Positions 34,763-46,759 of a stretch of 48,909 bases of DNA are shown here, in pieces. Every line of letters begins with the position of its first letter. Position 1 is the stretch's first letter. Location of the stretch: contig NC_057754.1 in NCBI RefSeq assembly GCF_004010195.1, forward strand, positions 4,824,471 through 4,873,379, given 5' to 3'. The translations under genes and the position numbers were made by a program. The notes beneath the pieces are model-generated. The model did no database searches. It was not told where the DNA came from and was given only the letters and a program-made list of their open reading frames with translations. The DNA is from Chiloscyllium plagiosum. Lineage: Eukaryota.

Positions 34763-35559
34763 TTATTTATACATTGCATCTGACTCTTCCCCCATTCCCT
34801 GAGAAACTAGACAGCACCAATTCCAGATGTCCAAGTCAGAGTAGGTATATTTCAACTGCAGCTCACAATTCCATGTCCAAGGGATCGTCTAACTTCCTTC
34901 ATGATAATGTGGATAAAGTGAGGAATGCAGATGCTGGAGATCAGAGACAAAAGTGTGGTGCTGAAAAAGCACAACAGGTCAGGCAGCATTCAAGGAGTAG
35001 GAAAATCGACTTTAGTCCTTTATCAGAAATGAGGCTTATGCTCCAGGGAGCTGAGAGATAAATGGAAGAGGGGTGGGCAGGGATGAAAGGCACACGAGAA
35101 TGCAATAAGTAGATGAAGGTTGGGGGGGGGCCTGTGGAAGGTGATAGGTCAGAGAGGAGGGTGGTGGAAAGGTGGGTAAGATAATGGACAGGTCAAGAGG
35201 GCGGTGCCGAGTTGGCGGCTTGGGACTGGGAAAAGGTGGGGGGAGGGGAAATGAGGAAACTGGTGAAATCCACATTAATCCCATGTGGTTACAAGGTCCC
35301 AAGGCAGAAGGTGAGGCATTGTTTCTACAGGCGTCGGGTGGTGAGGGTTTGGCGATGGAGGAGGCCCAGGACCTGGTGTCCTTGGTGGATTGGGTAGGGG
35401 AATTGAAGTTCACCCACTGTTGGTTGGTGCAGGTGTCCCAGAGCTATTCTCTGAAACGAACTGCAGTTGAAAGATATGTACTCTGACTTAGACATTTGGA
35501 ATTGGTGCTATCTAGTTTCTCAAGGAATGGGTGAAGAGTTGGATGTGGTATATAAATAA
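34763..35559. repeat. Inverted repeat of about 99 bp (34763-34861 / 35461-35559) bracketing a PLE fragment
   Basis: gagaaactagacagcaccaattccagatgtccaagtcagagta versus tactctgacttagacatttggaattggtgctatctagtttctc. Confidence 0.88.
34911..35460 (-). mobile_element. Penelope-like element 3' fragment
   Basis: aaagtgaggaatgcagatgctggagatcagag..., colinear with 26585-27390. Confidence 0.82.
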
Positions 35560-35919
35560 TCCTCTAAATGAATATTTTAAAAATCCTTCTTCATTTTTCG
35601 TTCATTGTTGAATGCACACACTACTTCAGCTTTTCAACACGTTTCACTTTAGAACTCATGGACACCCAGGACTTGAGTGCCTCTGCCAGGTGTGTTTACA
35701 AGCAGAGTCACATATGAAGCTCATCGAAGCACGATGCATCTCATGACTCTCAACTTGTTTTCTTAGTGCTCAGTCACTTGAAATTACTTTGAGGCTGCCA
35801 GCCACTGCCTGCTTTATATTGCTTTCTTACAGCAATTCACTCACTTCAGCACTGATTCCCGCCTGCTAATAATATGCTAATTAGACTGTAATTCCTTTTT
35901 TTCTCATTTCCTCGTTTTT

Positions 35920-36790
35920 TTAAGCAGTGGGGGTACATTTACTACCCTCCAGTCTGTCGGGAGTGTTCAAGATTCTATAGAATTTTGGAAGATGACAGCC
36001 AACATATTCAGTATTTCTAGTACTCTGGAATGCATATTCTCAGGTCCTGGGATTTATCAGCTTTCAGTCCTGGTAATTTCTCCAGCTTTTTTTTCCTAAT
36101 ACCAATTTTCTTCAATTCCTCTTTCACAAAAGACCCTTTTGCTTACTGAAAAATCTTCGGAAGTGAAAAGTGCCACACAATAGAAATAGTTGTTTAATGA
36201 TTCTGTCATTTTCCTTATTCTCCACGATCAGTTCTCCTGGTTCGGATTGTAAGAATCCTACATTTGTCGTCTTTAACCTTTTTCTGTTTATGTACAGAAA
36301 CTCTTACTGTTTGCTTCTATCTGTTTTGCAAGTGTACTCTCAGTGCTCCCTCTTTTTCCTTTTAATTAACTCTTGGTGTTCCTTCACAGAATTCTAAACT
36401 CCTTCCAGTCATTAGGCTTGCTGCTTTTTCCTGCAATTTATGTGATTCCTCTTTGTATCTAATGCTATCCTTAATTGATTTTACTAGCCAAGTTTGGACT
36501 GTTTCTCCAGTTGTTCTTTCAGCCAAAATAAATCAATAACTGCTGCAATGGATTTTTAAGAATTGATATGTCTTAAATATATTAACCATTACCTATCACT
36601 AGTCTTATATTGAAGTTATCCAGGCGTCACAGTCAGCTTACCCTCAACCTATTTGCATTCTCCTTTGTTCAGATTTAGGACCTGAGTTTTGGATTTGACT
36701 ACTTCACTTTCTATCCCAGTGAAGAATTCTGTTGTGTTATGGTCACTTTTTTCCTAGAAGATCACTCACACCAAGATGAATAATTAACCC
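35920..36790 (-). mobile_element. Old CR1 ORF2 internal fragment
   Basis: accctccagtctgtcggga, caggtcctgggatttatcagctttcag (reverse KADKSQDL, a KSPGPD remnant) and gttatggtcact (SDHN of the APE domain). Confidence 0.6.
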
Positions 36791-37701
36791 CTTCTTGTTG
36801 ACTCTCCTGCTACAGGATTACACAAAAAAGGCACTGAAGAACTGGGTTGCATAATTAATGAGGTGAAGAGAGGAAGACTGTATAAGAAAGGTTGCTCCAA
36901 TCTACAACAGACTCGGTGCCATGAATGTTGCATGACAAAACACTTTAATGAAAAATGGATAGATTCTGCCCAAAGTTTCAATTTATAAGTTTAACTAATA
37001 AGCTGCTTACTGTGTTTGATTTCTGTAATGAAGAATGTTCCTTGGTTAAAGGACAGATAATTAAAGATAATTTTTGTAAAATTTTTCCTTGCCAAGTTAT
37101 AGATTTCAATAATGTCAGGTCTGTAAGTTTTGCAGGAGTTTATCTTGCTGTGCTAGACCAAAAAGTTCAGTAAGTTTATGGATTGTTTACTGGTTAACTG
37201 AGCAATGTCAGGTTATAGAATTCAGTAGAATTTCTGTCAATACAGAGGTGATGCAAGACTTAGATCTTCAAGGCTTGTGGAGTTAAAGAGGAAGGGTAGC
37301 TAAGTGCAGTGAAGAGTGCCACAGTGTCAGACAGTCTCGGAAAGAGACTAATTTAGGAGGCTTAGAATTAAGTCTTTTTGCACTGAGTCTTGGTTTCAAC
37401 TTGATTAGGGTGTTAAGAGGGAGAAGAACTAGGATTGGATGAAAAATAAGACCCCCCCTCTCCTATTGTGCAACCTGCTCCTTTTCCTAACAGGTTGCTT
37501 CACCTGATTGTTAATTTTTTTAAGAAATGTATCTACAGCTGATTAATCAAGTTGGCATTTTGATGCATTGCCTTGTTTATTTGGAGCTGATGAACGCTAT
37601 CAAGAGTTTATCTGTTGAAATTTCTGTGTTAGATAGTATGGAATTGTCTCACTTGGATTGGTGTCTTGGCTGTTGGGTCACAGTAAAGTGATAACAGTAG
37701 A

Positions 37702-37860
37702 GTTAAAAAGCACACAACACCAGGTTGTAGTCCAAACACCTGATGAAGGAGCAGTGCTCCGAAAGTTAGTGCTTCCAAATAAACCTGTTGGACTATAACC
37801 TGGTGTTGTATGATTTTTAACTTTATACACCCCAGTCCAACACCAGCATCTCCAAATCAT
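37702..37860. mobile_element. Inverted mini PLE insertion with hammerhead motif and 17-bp TSD
   Basis: 34-bp inverted arms at 37702-37735 and 37788-37821. tgataaca(g/a)tagagtta at 37689-37705 and 37860-37876. Confidence 0.85.
37737..37771 (+). ncRNA. Minimal type-I hammerhead ribozyme motif (PLE-associated)
   Basis: cac-CUGAUGA-a-ggagc agu gcucc-GAAA-GU-UA-gug. Stems I and II pair perfectly. The helix III palindrome AGCU is changed to AGUU. Confidence 0.7.
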
Positions 37861-38240
37861 GATAACAATAGAGTTATTTAGTTTTCACATCATCAGTTAC
37901 TTTTTGGAAGTCCAGCGACTGAGCAGCAGGAGTAGCAGCACAAACAGGAATGAGATTTATCACTTGTATTTGACTGGATAACATTCTTTCCTTTCTCTGA
38001 GTCAGAAGGTCAACAAGGCAACAGGGATAAGCCATTGTTAGACTAGGCCCTGAGGTAGGTTAGTGATCACAGGTGATGGGTGATCAGGATTTGAAGCAAG
38101 TTAGAAAACTGCATTGCGGGCGAAAATATTTGGTGTCTGTCAGAACATGTGCCGTTCAGTTCCTCAATCCAGTTGCACCATAAGATCAAGGCTGATTTCA
38201 ACTGCTCATTCCTGTCTATCCTTGATAACCTTTGACTTCC

Positions 38241-38521
38241 TGCAGGAAAAGGAGGTATTGAAGCAAAGTGATTGAAGCAAAGTTTTAAAGAACAAGTATG
38301 TTGTTAGTGAGATTACTGCTATAGAGGATTAAACTTAACCTGAAGGCTGTGGGTTGGGGCAAAATGGAGAGATTCAAGAACACATAGAAGTGGGAGCAAG
38401 TGGAGCTTGCCAGGGTAATGAGTATAGGTAGCAGGGCATTTTTAAAAATGACAATAGCAAATCGGCATGATTGAGTTGGACCAAAGGATCTGTTTCTGTG
38501 CTGCACATCTCTTATGACTCT
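38241..38521 (+). repeat. Composite repeat copy 2 (homologous to 6104-6403)
   Basis: ggtattgaagcaaagtgatt..aaagaacaagtat..agtgagattactgcta.agaggattaaact..gggcaaaatggagagatt..cttgccaggg..gagtatag.tagca.ggcattttt, then a CR1 tail. Confidence 0.8.
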
Positions 38522-38624
38522 ATAGAGTCACTGAGCTGCACCTGACAGCTATACTAAGAGGGCTTTCCATTAACATCCAGTGAACAAATTTAGAGCGCCT
38601 CAACAATGTGGTGAATAGTATAAT

Positions 38625-39110
38625 GGATACTGGAAATCTGAAACAAAAACAGAAATTGCTAGAGAAACTCAGCAGATTTTGGCAGCATCTGTGGAGAGAA
38701 AGCAGAATTAATATTTTGGGTTCAGTAACCCTTCATTAGAACTTGGAGACAGAGCCCAGAGGGAGAAAAAGAGAACTAGGCAAACAAAGAGATAAATGAT
38801 AGTAAGCCAGGGAAAGAGAGAACTTAATAATGGGACCATTAGTATGTGAAAATGGGTTCACTGTGCTGGGAGTAACCCATGTGATGACAAGACCTGAGAT
38901 ATGGGTTGGGTAAAGGACATGGAAGGTATTCAGCCCCTAAAATTATTGAACTTGATACTATGTCCTGCAGGCTGCAGGGTCCCCAAATGGAAAACGAAAT
39001 GCTGTTCTTGTCATCTGCGCTGAGCTTCACTGGAGCACTGCAGGAGGCCCAAGACAGAAATGTTGGCCAGGGAACACGGCGGTATGTTGAACTTGCAGGT
39101 AGCGAGAAAC
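38625..39110 (-). mobile_element. Old Penelope-like 3' fragment (another family)
   Basis: gatactggaaatctgaaacaaaaacagaaattgctagagaaactcagcag..gcagcatctgtggagagaaagcaga, with a decayed hammerhead at about 38708-38741 (minus strand: cuaauga agggu..accc aaaauauu). Confidence 0.65.
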
Positions 39111-41219
39111 AGTATAACTGATGTAGGTCCAAAATGCAAATTGAGTGGTGACTGAATGTGTTTATGTTTTCTTGTCAATATCTGTAAATTTTAGAAATGA
39201 CTGAAAGTCTCTTAAGTTTAGCTTTGTAACCCTAGAAACTGCAAATTACTATTTATGTCTCAAATTCAAATAAATAGAATTGATGTTTGATGAAAGAGCA
39301 ACAAACTGTAAAAGTCTTCTTAGGAAAATGTGACATTTGTACAACCTGTACATGTGTTCCTTTCATGATCAAAAAGGGGCAATTTGAGTCCGCAGGGCTC
39401 TCTGCTCCATTCTGTGAACTTCAGCTTTGCGAGTTCTTCAATGGGCAACTAGATTAGATGTCCAGGACCAGGCAGTCCAGTTTCAGGCTCTCAAGCTGTC
39501 CTCTAGCAATAATTATGGGTAGTATTTCATTCATAGCCATGATTTTAGTTCATACACAGAGGATACATGGGTATCCCAGACAGCTGGTTTCTTTTCTGTA
39601 TTTCACAGGAAGGGATTACCCTGCTTTCTGTACCTGTTATCTCTCCTCCCCAGCCATAATGCAAAACAAATTAGCACAGAACCATTCCTTTCCACATGAA
39701 CATGAAATAAAAGGAAAGATGAGTGTTGATTTTATCTTGTATAGCTGATGTGCACTGTCCAGACACAGTTGAGATGAATTGGTCTCTCTGTGTATGAATT
39801 TACATTGAATTATTTGACACAGATCAATAACAGGTACTCACTATCTCACCTTAGTTCTAAGGTTTTACATGAAGAGTAACTTGAGTAAATGACAACTCTA
39901 TCAAAAGAGACCCTTCACATGCTGGAAACCCACAATTAAATGCTTGAATGTGAAATTTGCTTTTATTTCTTGAATGCAAAGTAGTATTTTCATACAAGAT
40001 GAAGCCTAGGTAATGTCACTGTGTAGCATGATACTTAAATATTTGCAATGTGACTTCTGATCTTGAATTTCTGATTTTTATGGCTCAGTGCTAGGTTTGA
40101 TGGCGAAAGACTCAGTTAACTGATCTGAGGCACCAGTTTGTTTGCAAGAAACACCCTTGGAAGAGGGGACAGGCTCCAGTTCCTGAATGCCATCCATTGG
40201 CAGCTATTGCACAATGCAAACATGCCTTATGTGAAGTGGGAACTCAGCTGTCGTGCTCATGATAGTTGATTATCCTGTGCACAGACATTACCCAGGCTCG
40301 CATATGAATAATAGGTATATGGTATCAGAGGGCATGTTTATGCACATAAAACTGCCCCCCAGCACATTCAACTGACTTGAAAAGAAATACTGAGAAGGTA
40401 GGACTGATCTTTATCATTCATATTTTTCCTGGAAGTGATTTATAGGGTGGATATGCAAGAGATTATGTAGAGGCAACATAGACTCTTGTAGTTTTATACA
40501 ATATTGAACTGTGCTCTTCTTTCCCAGCTTCTGTGGGTGTTCTGGCAAAGACCAAGTATTGACAAATGATTGACTGATTCAGGAGCAATGTACAAAGTCT
40601 GAAGGGTTGAAACAACATTTAGCAGTGCTGGTTTGTCTCTATTTTCCTCCCCCATTATGATTTTCTAAACCATAATAAAGCCATGTTTTATTTTTGAAGA
40701 AAATTATTTTAACTTGGGTATAAAATGGGAATAAATAGTAAATTTAAATTAAGGCAGTTTCAGTGTATTTAAAATTACTTTGTCACATGCATCCGAATTC
40801 CATGGAGCTCCTGTGTTCTGGGGCTAGTTTTCCAAATATTGCAAGAACAGGCACATGTGGCTATGATTTTCCAGTATTTGTTGAAGTCATGTGTAAATCA
40901 TTTTGGTTAAAGAGCTACGTTTGGCAAGAAACCTTATGACTATATGCTGAAATACACAAATGTTTTGAAAGTACAACTCGTACACCGCATCTCGTTTTTA
41001 TATATTCTACAAATCTGCCTCCAAAAAATCTATAGTTAACTATTTGATTAAAACCACTGTTCTCTGTTATGTATAGCCTCTGTATTAGGATATATTTGGA
41101 AGCCTTTTTAACACTTCTCCCAGTATTTCAATCCTTTTCTTCCAGTTGTTACTGGTGCTCTGAAATTTCTATAATTTCCCCTAAGATGCCAGTACGTTTT
41201 TGATATCATTCTTACAAAA

Positions 41220-41661
41220 TTGGGCTATAGGGAGAAGCTGAATAGGCTGTGGATGTTTTCCCTGCAGCATCAGAGGCTGAAGGATAACCTTATAGAGGTT
41301 TATAAAATCATGAGGGGCATGAATAGTATATACAGACGGGGCCTTTTCCCTAGGGTGGGGGAGTCCAGAACTAGAGCGCCTAGGTTCAGGGTGAGAGGGG
41401 AAGGATATAAAAGGGACCTAAGGGACAACTTTTCACGCAGAGGCTGGTATGTTTATGTAATGAGCTGCCAGATGAAGTGTTGGAGGCTGGTACAATTGCA
41501 ACATTTAAAAGGCATCTGGATGGGTATATGAATAGGAAGAGTTCAGAGGGTTTTGGGCCAAGTGCTGGCAAATGGGACTAAACTAGGTTAGGATAACTGG
41601 TTGGCAAGGACGATTTGGACCTAAGGGTCTGTTTTCGTGCTGTACATCTCTATGACTCTGT
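41220..41661 (+). mobile_element. CR1/HER1 LINE 3' fragment
   Basis: YREKLNRL.MFSLQHQRLKDNLIEVYKIMRG. Tail gctgtacatctctatgactct. Confidence 0.9.
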
Positions 41662-41837
41662 AATTCTAAAAGTTTGGCTTGGAGAGGAACTTACTGCTGA
41701 AAGTGTTCATATTCATCTACTAACCCTTAAGCTGTACAGGCTACAAGTTTCGAAGATCCTGACAAAGGATCCTTGGTTTGTTGTTGCAGTGAGTCTTGTA
41801 AATGGTGCACACTGCTTTCAGTGTACATCAGAGGGGA

Positions 41838-42643
41838 ATCTCATGGAATACAGGGAGAACTAGCCATTTGGATACAGAACTGGCTCAAAGGTAGAGGTGG
41901 TGGAGGGTTGTATTTCAGACTGGAGATCTGTGACCAGTGGAGTGCCACAAGGATCGGTGCTGTGCCTTCTACTTTTTGTCATTTACATAAATGACTTAGA
42001 CGCGAACATAAGAGGTACAGTTAGTAAGTTTGCAGATGACACCAAAATTGGAGGTGTAGTGGACAGCAAAGAGGGTTACCTCAGATTACAACAGGATCTG
42101 AACCAGGTGGGCCAATGGGCGGAGAAGTGGCAGGTGGAGTTTAATTCGGATAAATGCGAGGTGCTGCATTTTGGGGAAGCAAATCTTAGCAGGACTTATA
42201 CACTTAATGGTAATGTCCTAGGGAGTGTTGCTGAACAAAGAGACCTTGGAGTGCAGGTTCATAGCTCCTTGAAAGTGGAGTTGCAGGTAGATAGGATAGT
42301 GAAGAAGGCGTTTGGTATGCTTTCCTTTATTGGGGTTGGGGAGTCCAGAACTACAGGACATAGGTTTAGGGTGAGAGGGGAAAGATATAAAAGAGACCTA
42401 AGGGGCAACTTTTTCACGCAGAGGGTGGTGCGTGTATGGAATGAGCTGCCAGAGAATGTGGTGGAGGCTGGTACAATTGCAACATTTAAGAGGCATTTGG
42501 ATGGGTATATGAATAGGAAGGGTTTGGAGGGATAGGGGCCATGTGCTGGCAGGTGGGACTAGATTGGGTTGGGATATCTGGTCGACATGGATGGGTTGGA
42601 CCGAAGGGTCTGTTTCCATGCTGTACACCTCTATGACTCTATG
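41838..42643 (+). mobile_element. CR1/HER1 LINE RT fragment with in-frame internal deletion
   Basis: ORF 41897..42535 reads SGVPQGSVL..IYINDL..SKFADDTK..AFGMLSFIG|VGESRTTGH, skipping the LYRTLVRP-GDLIEVYK block. Tail ctctatgactctatg. Confidence 0.95.
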
Positions 42644-42689
42644 GTGAATTAGATGCGATTCAAATGGTGATGAACGTTTTAGTGTTGCT

Positions 42690-43290
42690 GGAATCAAATG
42701 ATTCAAGTAAGTGAGGAGTATTCCATCACTTTCATGATTTGTGCCTTGCAAATGGTGGGCATGCTTTGGAGAGTCACCTCTGAATACCCAGTCTCTGACC
42801 TGTTCTTGTATCTGCAGTATTTATATGGCTGGTCCAGTTTGCTTTTGGGTCAGTGGTAACCCCCAAGATGTTGAAAGCACGGGGTTCTGCAAATGTGATG
42901 CTATTGAATGACAGGGAATGATGGTTAGTTTCTGTCTTGTCAGGTAGAGTTATTGCCTGGCATTTGTGTGGCATGAATGTTACTTGTCACTTATCAGCCA
43001 AAGCCTGAATGTTATCCAAGCTTTCTGCGTGTGGAATTAGGTTACTTCCTTATCTGAGGAATTGCAAATGGCGTTGAACATTGTGCAGTCATCAGCGAGC
43101 ACCCCAACTCCTGACCTTATGATAGAGGGAAGGTCATGTTGAAGCAGCTGAAGATAGTTAGGCCTAGAACTCTGTTCTAAGGAATTTCATTGATGTTCTG
43201 AGACTGAGCTGATCAGCCTCTGACAACTACAACTATCTTCCTTTGTGCTAGACATGACTTCCAGTCAGTGGGGAATTTTCCCTCTTGCTT
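42690..43290 (-). mobile_element. Old LINE RT fragment (CR1/L2 group)
   Basis: ORF 42774..42974 reads PHKCQAIT..NILGVTTDPKANWTSHINT..TGQRLGI. Reverse FADD-like ctcgctgatgactgcaca at about 43083-43100. Confidence 0.7.
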
Positions 43291-43369
43291 CTCCTTGAAT
43301 CTCATCAGGACTCCTTGAATCATAGAAATGTTACAGCATAAAAAGAGCCATTTGGCCCATTGATTCAGA

Positions 43370-44558
43370 GTGAGCTTGCCAATTGGATACAAAATTGGCT
43401 TAATGGCAGGAGACAAAGAGTGATGATGGAGGGTTGTTTTTCGGACTGGAGGTCTGTGACTTGAGATTTTCCACAGAGGTCAGTGTTGGATCCACTTTTG
43501 TTTGTCATGATTTTTTTAAACCAATTGGGTCAATAGGCTAAAGAGTAGCAGATGAAGTTTAATTTGGACTAAATGCAAGGTATTGCATTTTGGTTAAACA
43601 AATAAAGGTAAGACTTACACAATTAAATATAAGGCTTTGGGTAATGTTGTAGAACAGAAAGACCGAAAGGTTCAGGTAAATAATTCTTCAAAGTTTGCAA
43701 TTTTCCACAGAGATCGGTGCTGGGTCACGTTTTGTTTGTCATTTATATAAATTATTTAGATGTGAATATAGAAAGCGTGGTTAGTGAGTTTGCAGATGAC
43801 ACCAAGATTGGGCAGTACAATGGATAGTGAGGAAGATTATCTAGGATTACAAAAAGATCTTGATCAGTTTCAATACATGCAAGGTAAGATTTGTACAATT
43901 AAAAGTAGGCCCTTGGGTAATGTTGTAGAACAGAAAGACCGAGAGGTTAAGGTACATAATTCTTTGAAGGTTGCATCACACATAGATAGGGTGGTTAAGG
44001 AGGCATTTAGCATGCTTGCTATTATTGCTCAGACCTTCAAGTATAGGAGTTAGGACATTATGTTGAGATTGTACAGAACCTTGATGAGGCCTCTTCTGAG
44101 TACTGTGGCCAGTACTGGTCTCCCTGTAAATAGAAAGGATATTATTAAGCTGGAGAGGGGTCAGAAGAGATTTACCAGAATGTTATTGGTAATGGAGGGT
44201 TTGAGTTATAAGGAGAGGTTGGATAGGCTGGAGCATAGGAGATCAAGAGGTGACCATGTAGAGGTTTATAAAATCATGAGAGATATAATAAGGTGAATAG
44301 CAAGTGTTGTTTCCTAGAGTGGAGGATTTCAAGATTATTTTCAAGGTGAGAGGAGAAAGAGTGGAATGAACTTCCAGAGGAAATAGTGGATGCAGATACA
44401 GTTACAACGTTTAAAAAATATTTAGATAAGTATATGAATAAGAAATGTTTGGAGCAGTATAGGCCAAGCTCAGGCAGTCGGACTAGTTTAGTTTGGGATA
44501 ATGGTCAGCATGGACTAGTTGGACTGAAGGATCTGTTTCCGTGCTATATGACTCTATG
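43370..44558 (+). mobile_element. Rearranged CR1 LINE fragments ending in a 3' tail
   Basis: RT pieces occur twice (gggtaatgttgtagaacagaaagaccga at about 43639 and 43915). MLRLYRTLMRPLL. Tail gtgctatatgactctatg. Confidence 0.85.
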
Positions 44559-44827
44559 AACGTAGACTGCTTTAGTACCCAGTGACTCAGTATTGCCTTG
44601 ATGTTAGGGGTAGTCACTGAGGACTCACTGCTCCACATGGAGCTTGGCAATGCGTGCATTGAGCCACTGTGTCGGTCTCCACAGATTTTTAAATCCAACC
44701 TTAGTGTCACCCAACTACAGTTTAGTAGTTTACCTTCTGTCCCTGCTATCCAACCTATCTGGTGCCTTGTCTTATGAGTCATGGCCTTTCACTAGGGTCC
44801 TCAATTAACAAAACACAGGTATGGAAA

Positions 44828-45075
44828 CATAGAATCCCTACAGTGTGGAAGCAGGCCATTTGGCCCATCGAATCCAAACCACCCCTCTGAAGAGCATCCC
44901 ACCTAGACTCACTCCCTACCCAATTCCTGTAACCCTGCATTTCCCATGGCTAATCCACCTAGCTTGCGCATCCCTAAACACTACGGGACAATTTAGCATG
45001 GCCAATCCACTTAACCTGCACATCTTTGGATAGTGGGAGAAAACCGGAACACCCGGAGGAAACCCATGCAGACAT
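44828..45075 (-). mobile_element. HE1-type V-SINE, 5'-truncated
   Basis: Reverse-complement V-domain (tgcacatctttgga.agtgggagaaaaccggaacacccggaggaaaccc) and tail catagaatccctacagtgtggaagcaggcc. Confidence 0.88.
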
Positions 45076-46227
45076 GAGGAGAGCCAAATGGCCTGCTTCC
45101 ATATTGTAAGCATTCTACAGAATTCCTACTCTTCTTTCTCTCAAGGGTGCTCTTCTTTTCTGGTTTAGAATTTCATAGGCACTGTTATCCTCTGGGCTAT
45201 TAATATGTAATAACTGAACCATGAATGTCAGAAAGTTGATTGACACTGAAGATGAAGGAACATTATCAACACTGCACTAATCATGACGTAGAAATCAAAA
45301 GAAAAAGTCCTGGAAAGTTTTTCTTCTTGTTAATTCAGGAGTGCTGAGACCAGATATAGCAACTCGTGTTGTAAATGTAGCACAGACCACAGATCAGACT
45401 TGTACCTTAACTATACTTTAAACCTCAGCTACTCAATAAGTAAACAGGCTGTGCTATAGAAATACTTCTCAGCTGACAAATATCTTGAAAGTAAAATAAT
45501 GTTAGCATCTTCTGAACATTTTACCACTGATCACAAAGCTTTAAAGTTTGTAACTGAACATTAATTCTGCTGGTATTCAAGAACTTTAATGGAGTATGTT
45601 GAAGTGCTATTAATACTAGACTAGGTTAGCTTTTAAGATATTATTTTGTAAATGAGATGTTCACAGTTCGAGGTTTTTTTACTTCGTACCTTGATCGACC
45701 TTAACTAGTGTTGCTCTGAAACTGGGACCTGTGATCTTATTTACCCCTCCTTTTTGGGAAGTCCCTCACTTCTGGATGTTTGTTCCAGACAGCTTGGCAA
45801 CTTTAGACCGGTAGCTAATGAGGAAAAGAATGTCGGTGAGGATCTGTGCCTGAACGTGCCTCATTTACATTTGCCAGAAGTGACATGCATAGGAGACTGT
45901 TCTCTAAAGACAAGATTAATATGTTTAAACTTTTTGGAATTATCTGGAAACATGGGGGAACCCGTAGTTCCCCGTTGCTTTCCCCATAGCAATGCCTCAA
46001 TCAAAGTTGAAGTTGAGCCAACCAATCATGTGTCCTTTTCACCTACTATTTAAATTGTTGTGACTGTTTAAAACTTGGCATTCTTGCTTATGTCCTGATG
46101 TGTGCAAGGCGTAAAATTTTGGCAACATGCCTCTCAGCACCACACAAGTTCTGTATGACCAACTGTAGTTCACATATTTAAGTAACAGACTTGCTTTTCA
46201 TTTATTGGTGGTTTCGTGCTTCGTCTG

Positions 46228-46440
46228 TGAAATAACTCCACAGAGGCTGGTATCTCGTCACCAAGAACAGTCCTTGACTTTCATACCTCCTCTTCAGAGT
46301 CAGCTATCAAAGTGTCAGAATCTCTGACACTTGCCTTTTTATCTGTCAGCCTGGGCTTCTTGATTGGACCAGATTAACAGCCCCAATCAGGGAACTTATA
46401 TTCTATGCGGTCCAGCTGGCTGACCTTATTACAATCACCA
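46228..46440 (-). mobile_element. Solo LTR, same family as 15859-16065
   Basis: tgaaataactccacagaggctggtatctcgtcaccaag...aatcagggaact...tacaatcacca with TG..CA ends. Flanks gtctg/gcctg (4/5 match). Confidence 0.75.
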
Positions 46441-46759
46441 GCCTGGCATTTGGCTAGAGAATTGAAGGTCTTGCTGTTGCCAGGATGCAAAAATAAGAAA
46501 ATCATGTCATTGCTGCTGCACTTGGATGGTTCTGAAGAATTTTATTTTCAGTCAGATGAAAGCAAAGTATGAATAAAAGCATTCTGAGTTGATTCAGTGT
46601 ACTGATGTATATCTGTACTGAAAGAATGTACAGTATGTGATCTGTCAGACTTTTGGCAGAAGAATTGGACTTTGCTGGATGTTTGAAAAAGCTGATCAGC
46701 TTCCATTGTTGCTGTATCTTGGAGTCTTGCACTTGAAAGGCAAGTTGTCCATTCTCACC

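Noticed and set aside
36811..36990. Possible exon after ctacag acceptor
   Set aside because: No frame resembles the expected spectrin DEREAVQKKTFTKW exon, and there is no good donor.
41897..42535. 212-aa RT ORF as a domesticated gene
   Set aside because: Ordinary 5'-truncated CR1 copy with an internal deletion and its own tail, lacking the N-terminal RT motifs.
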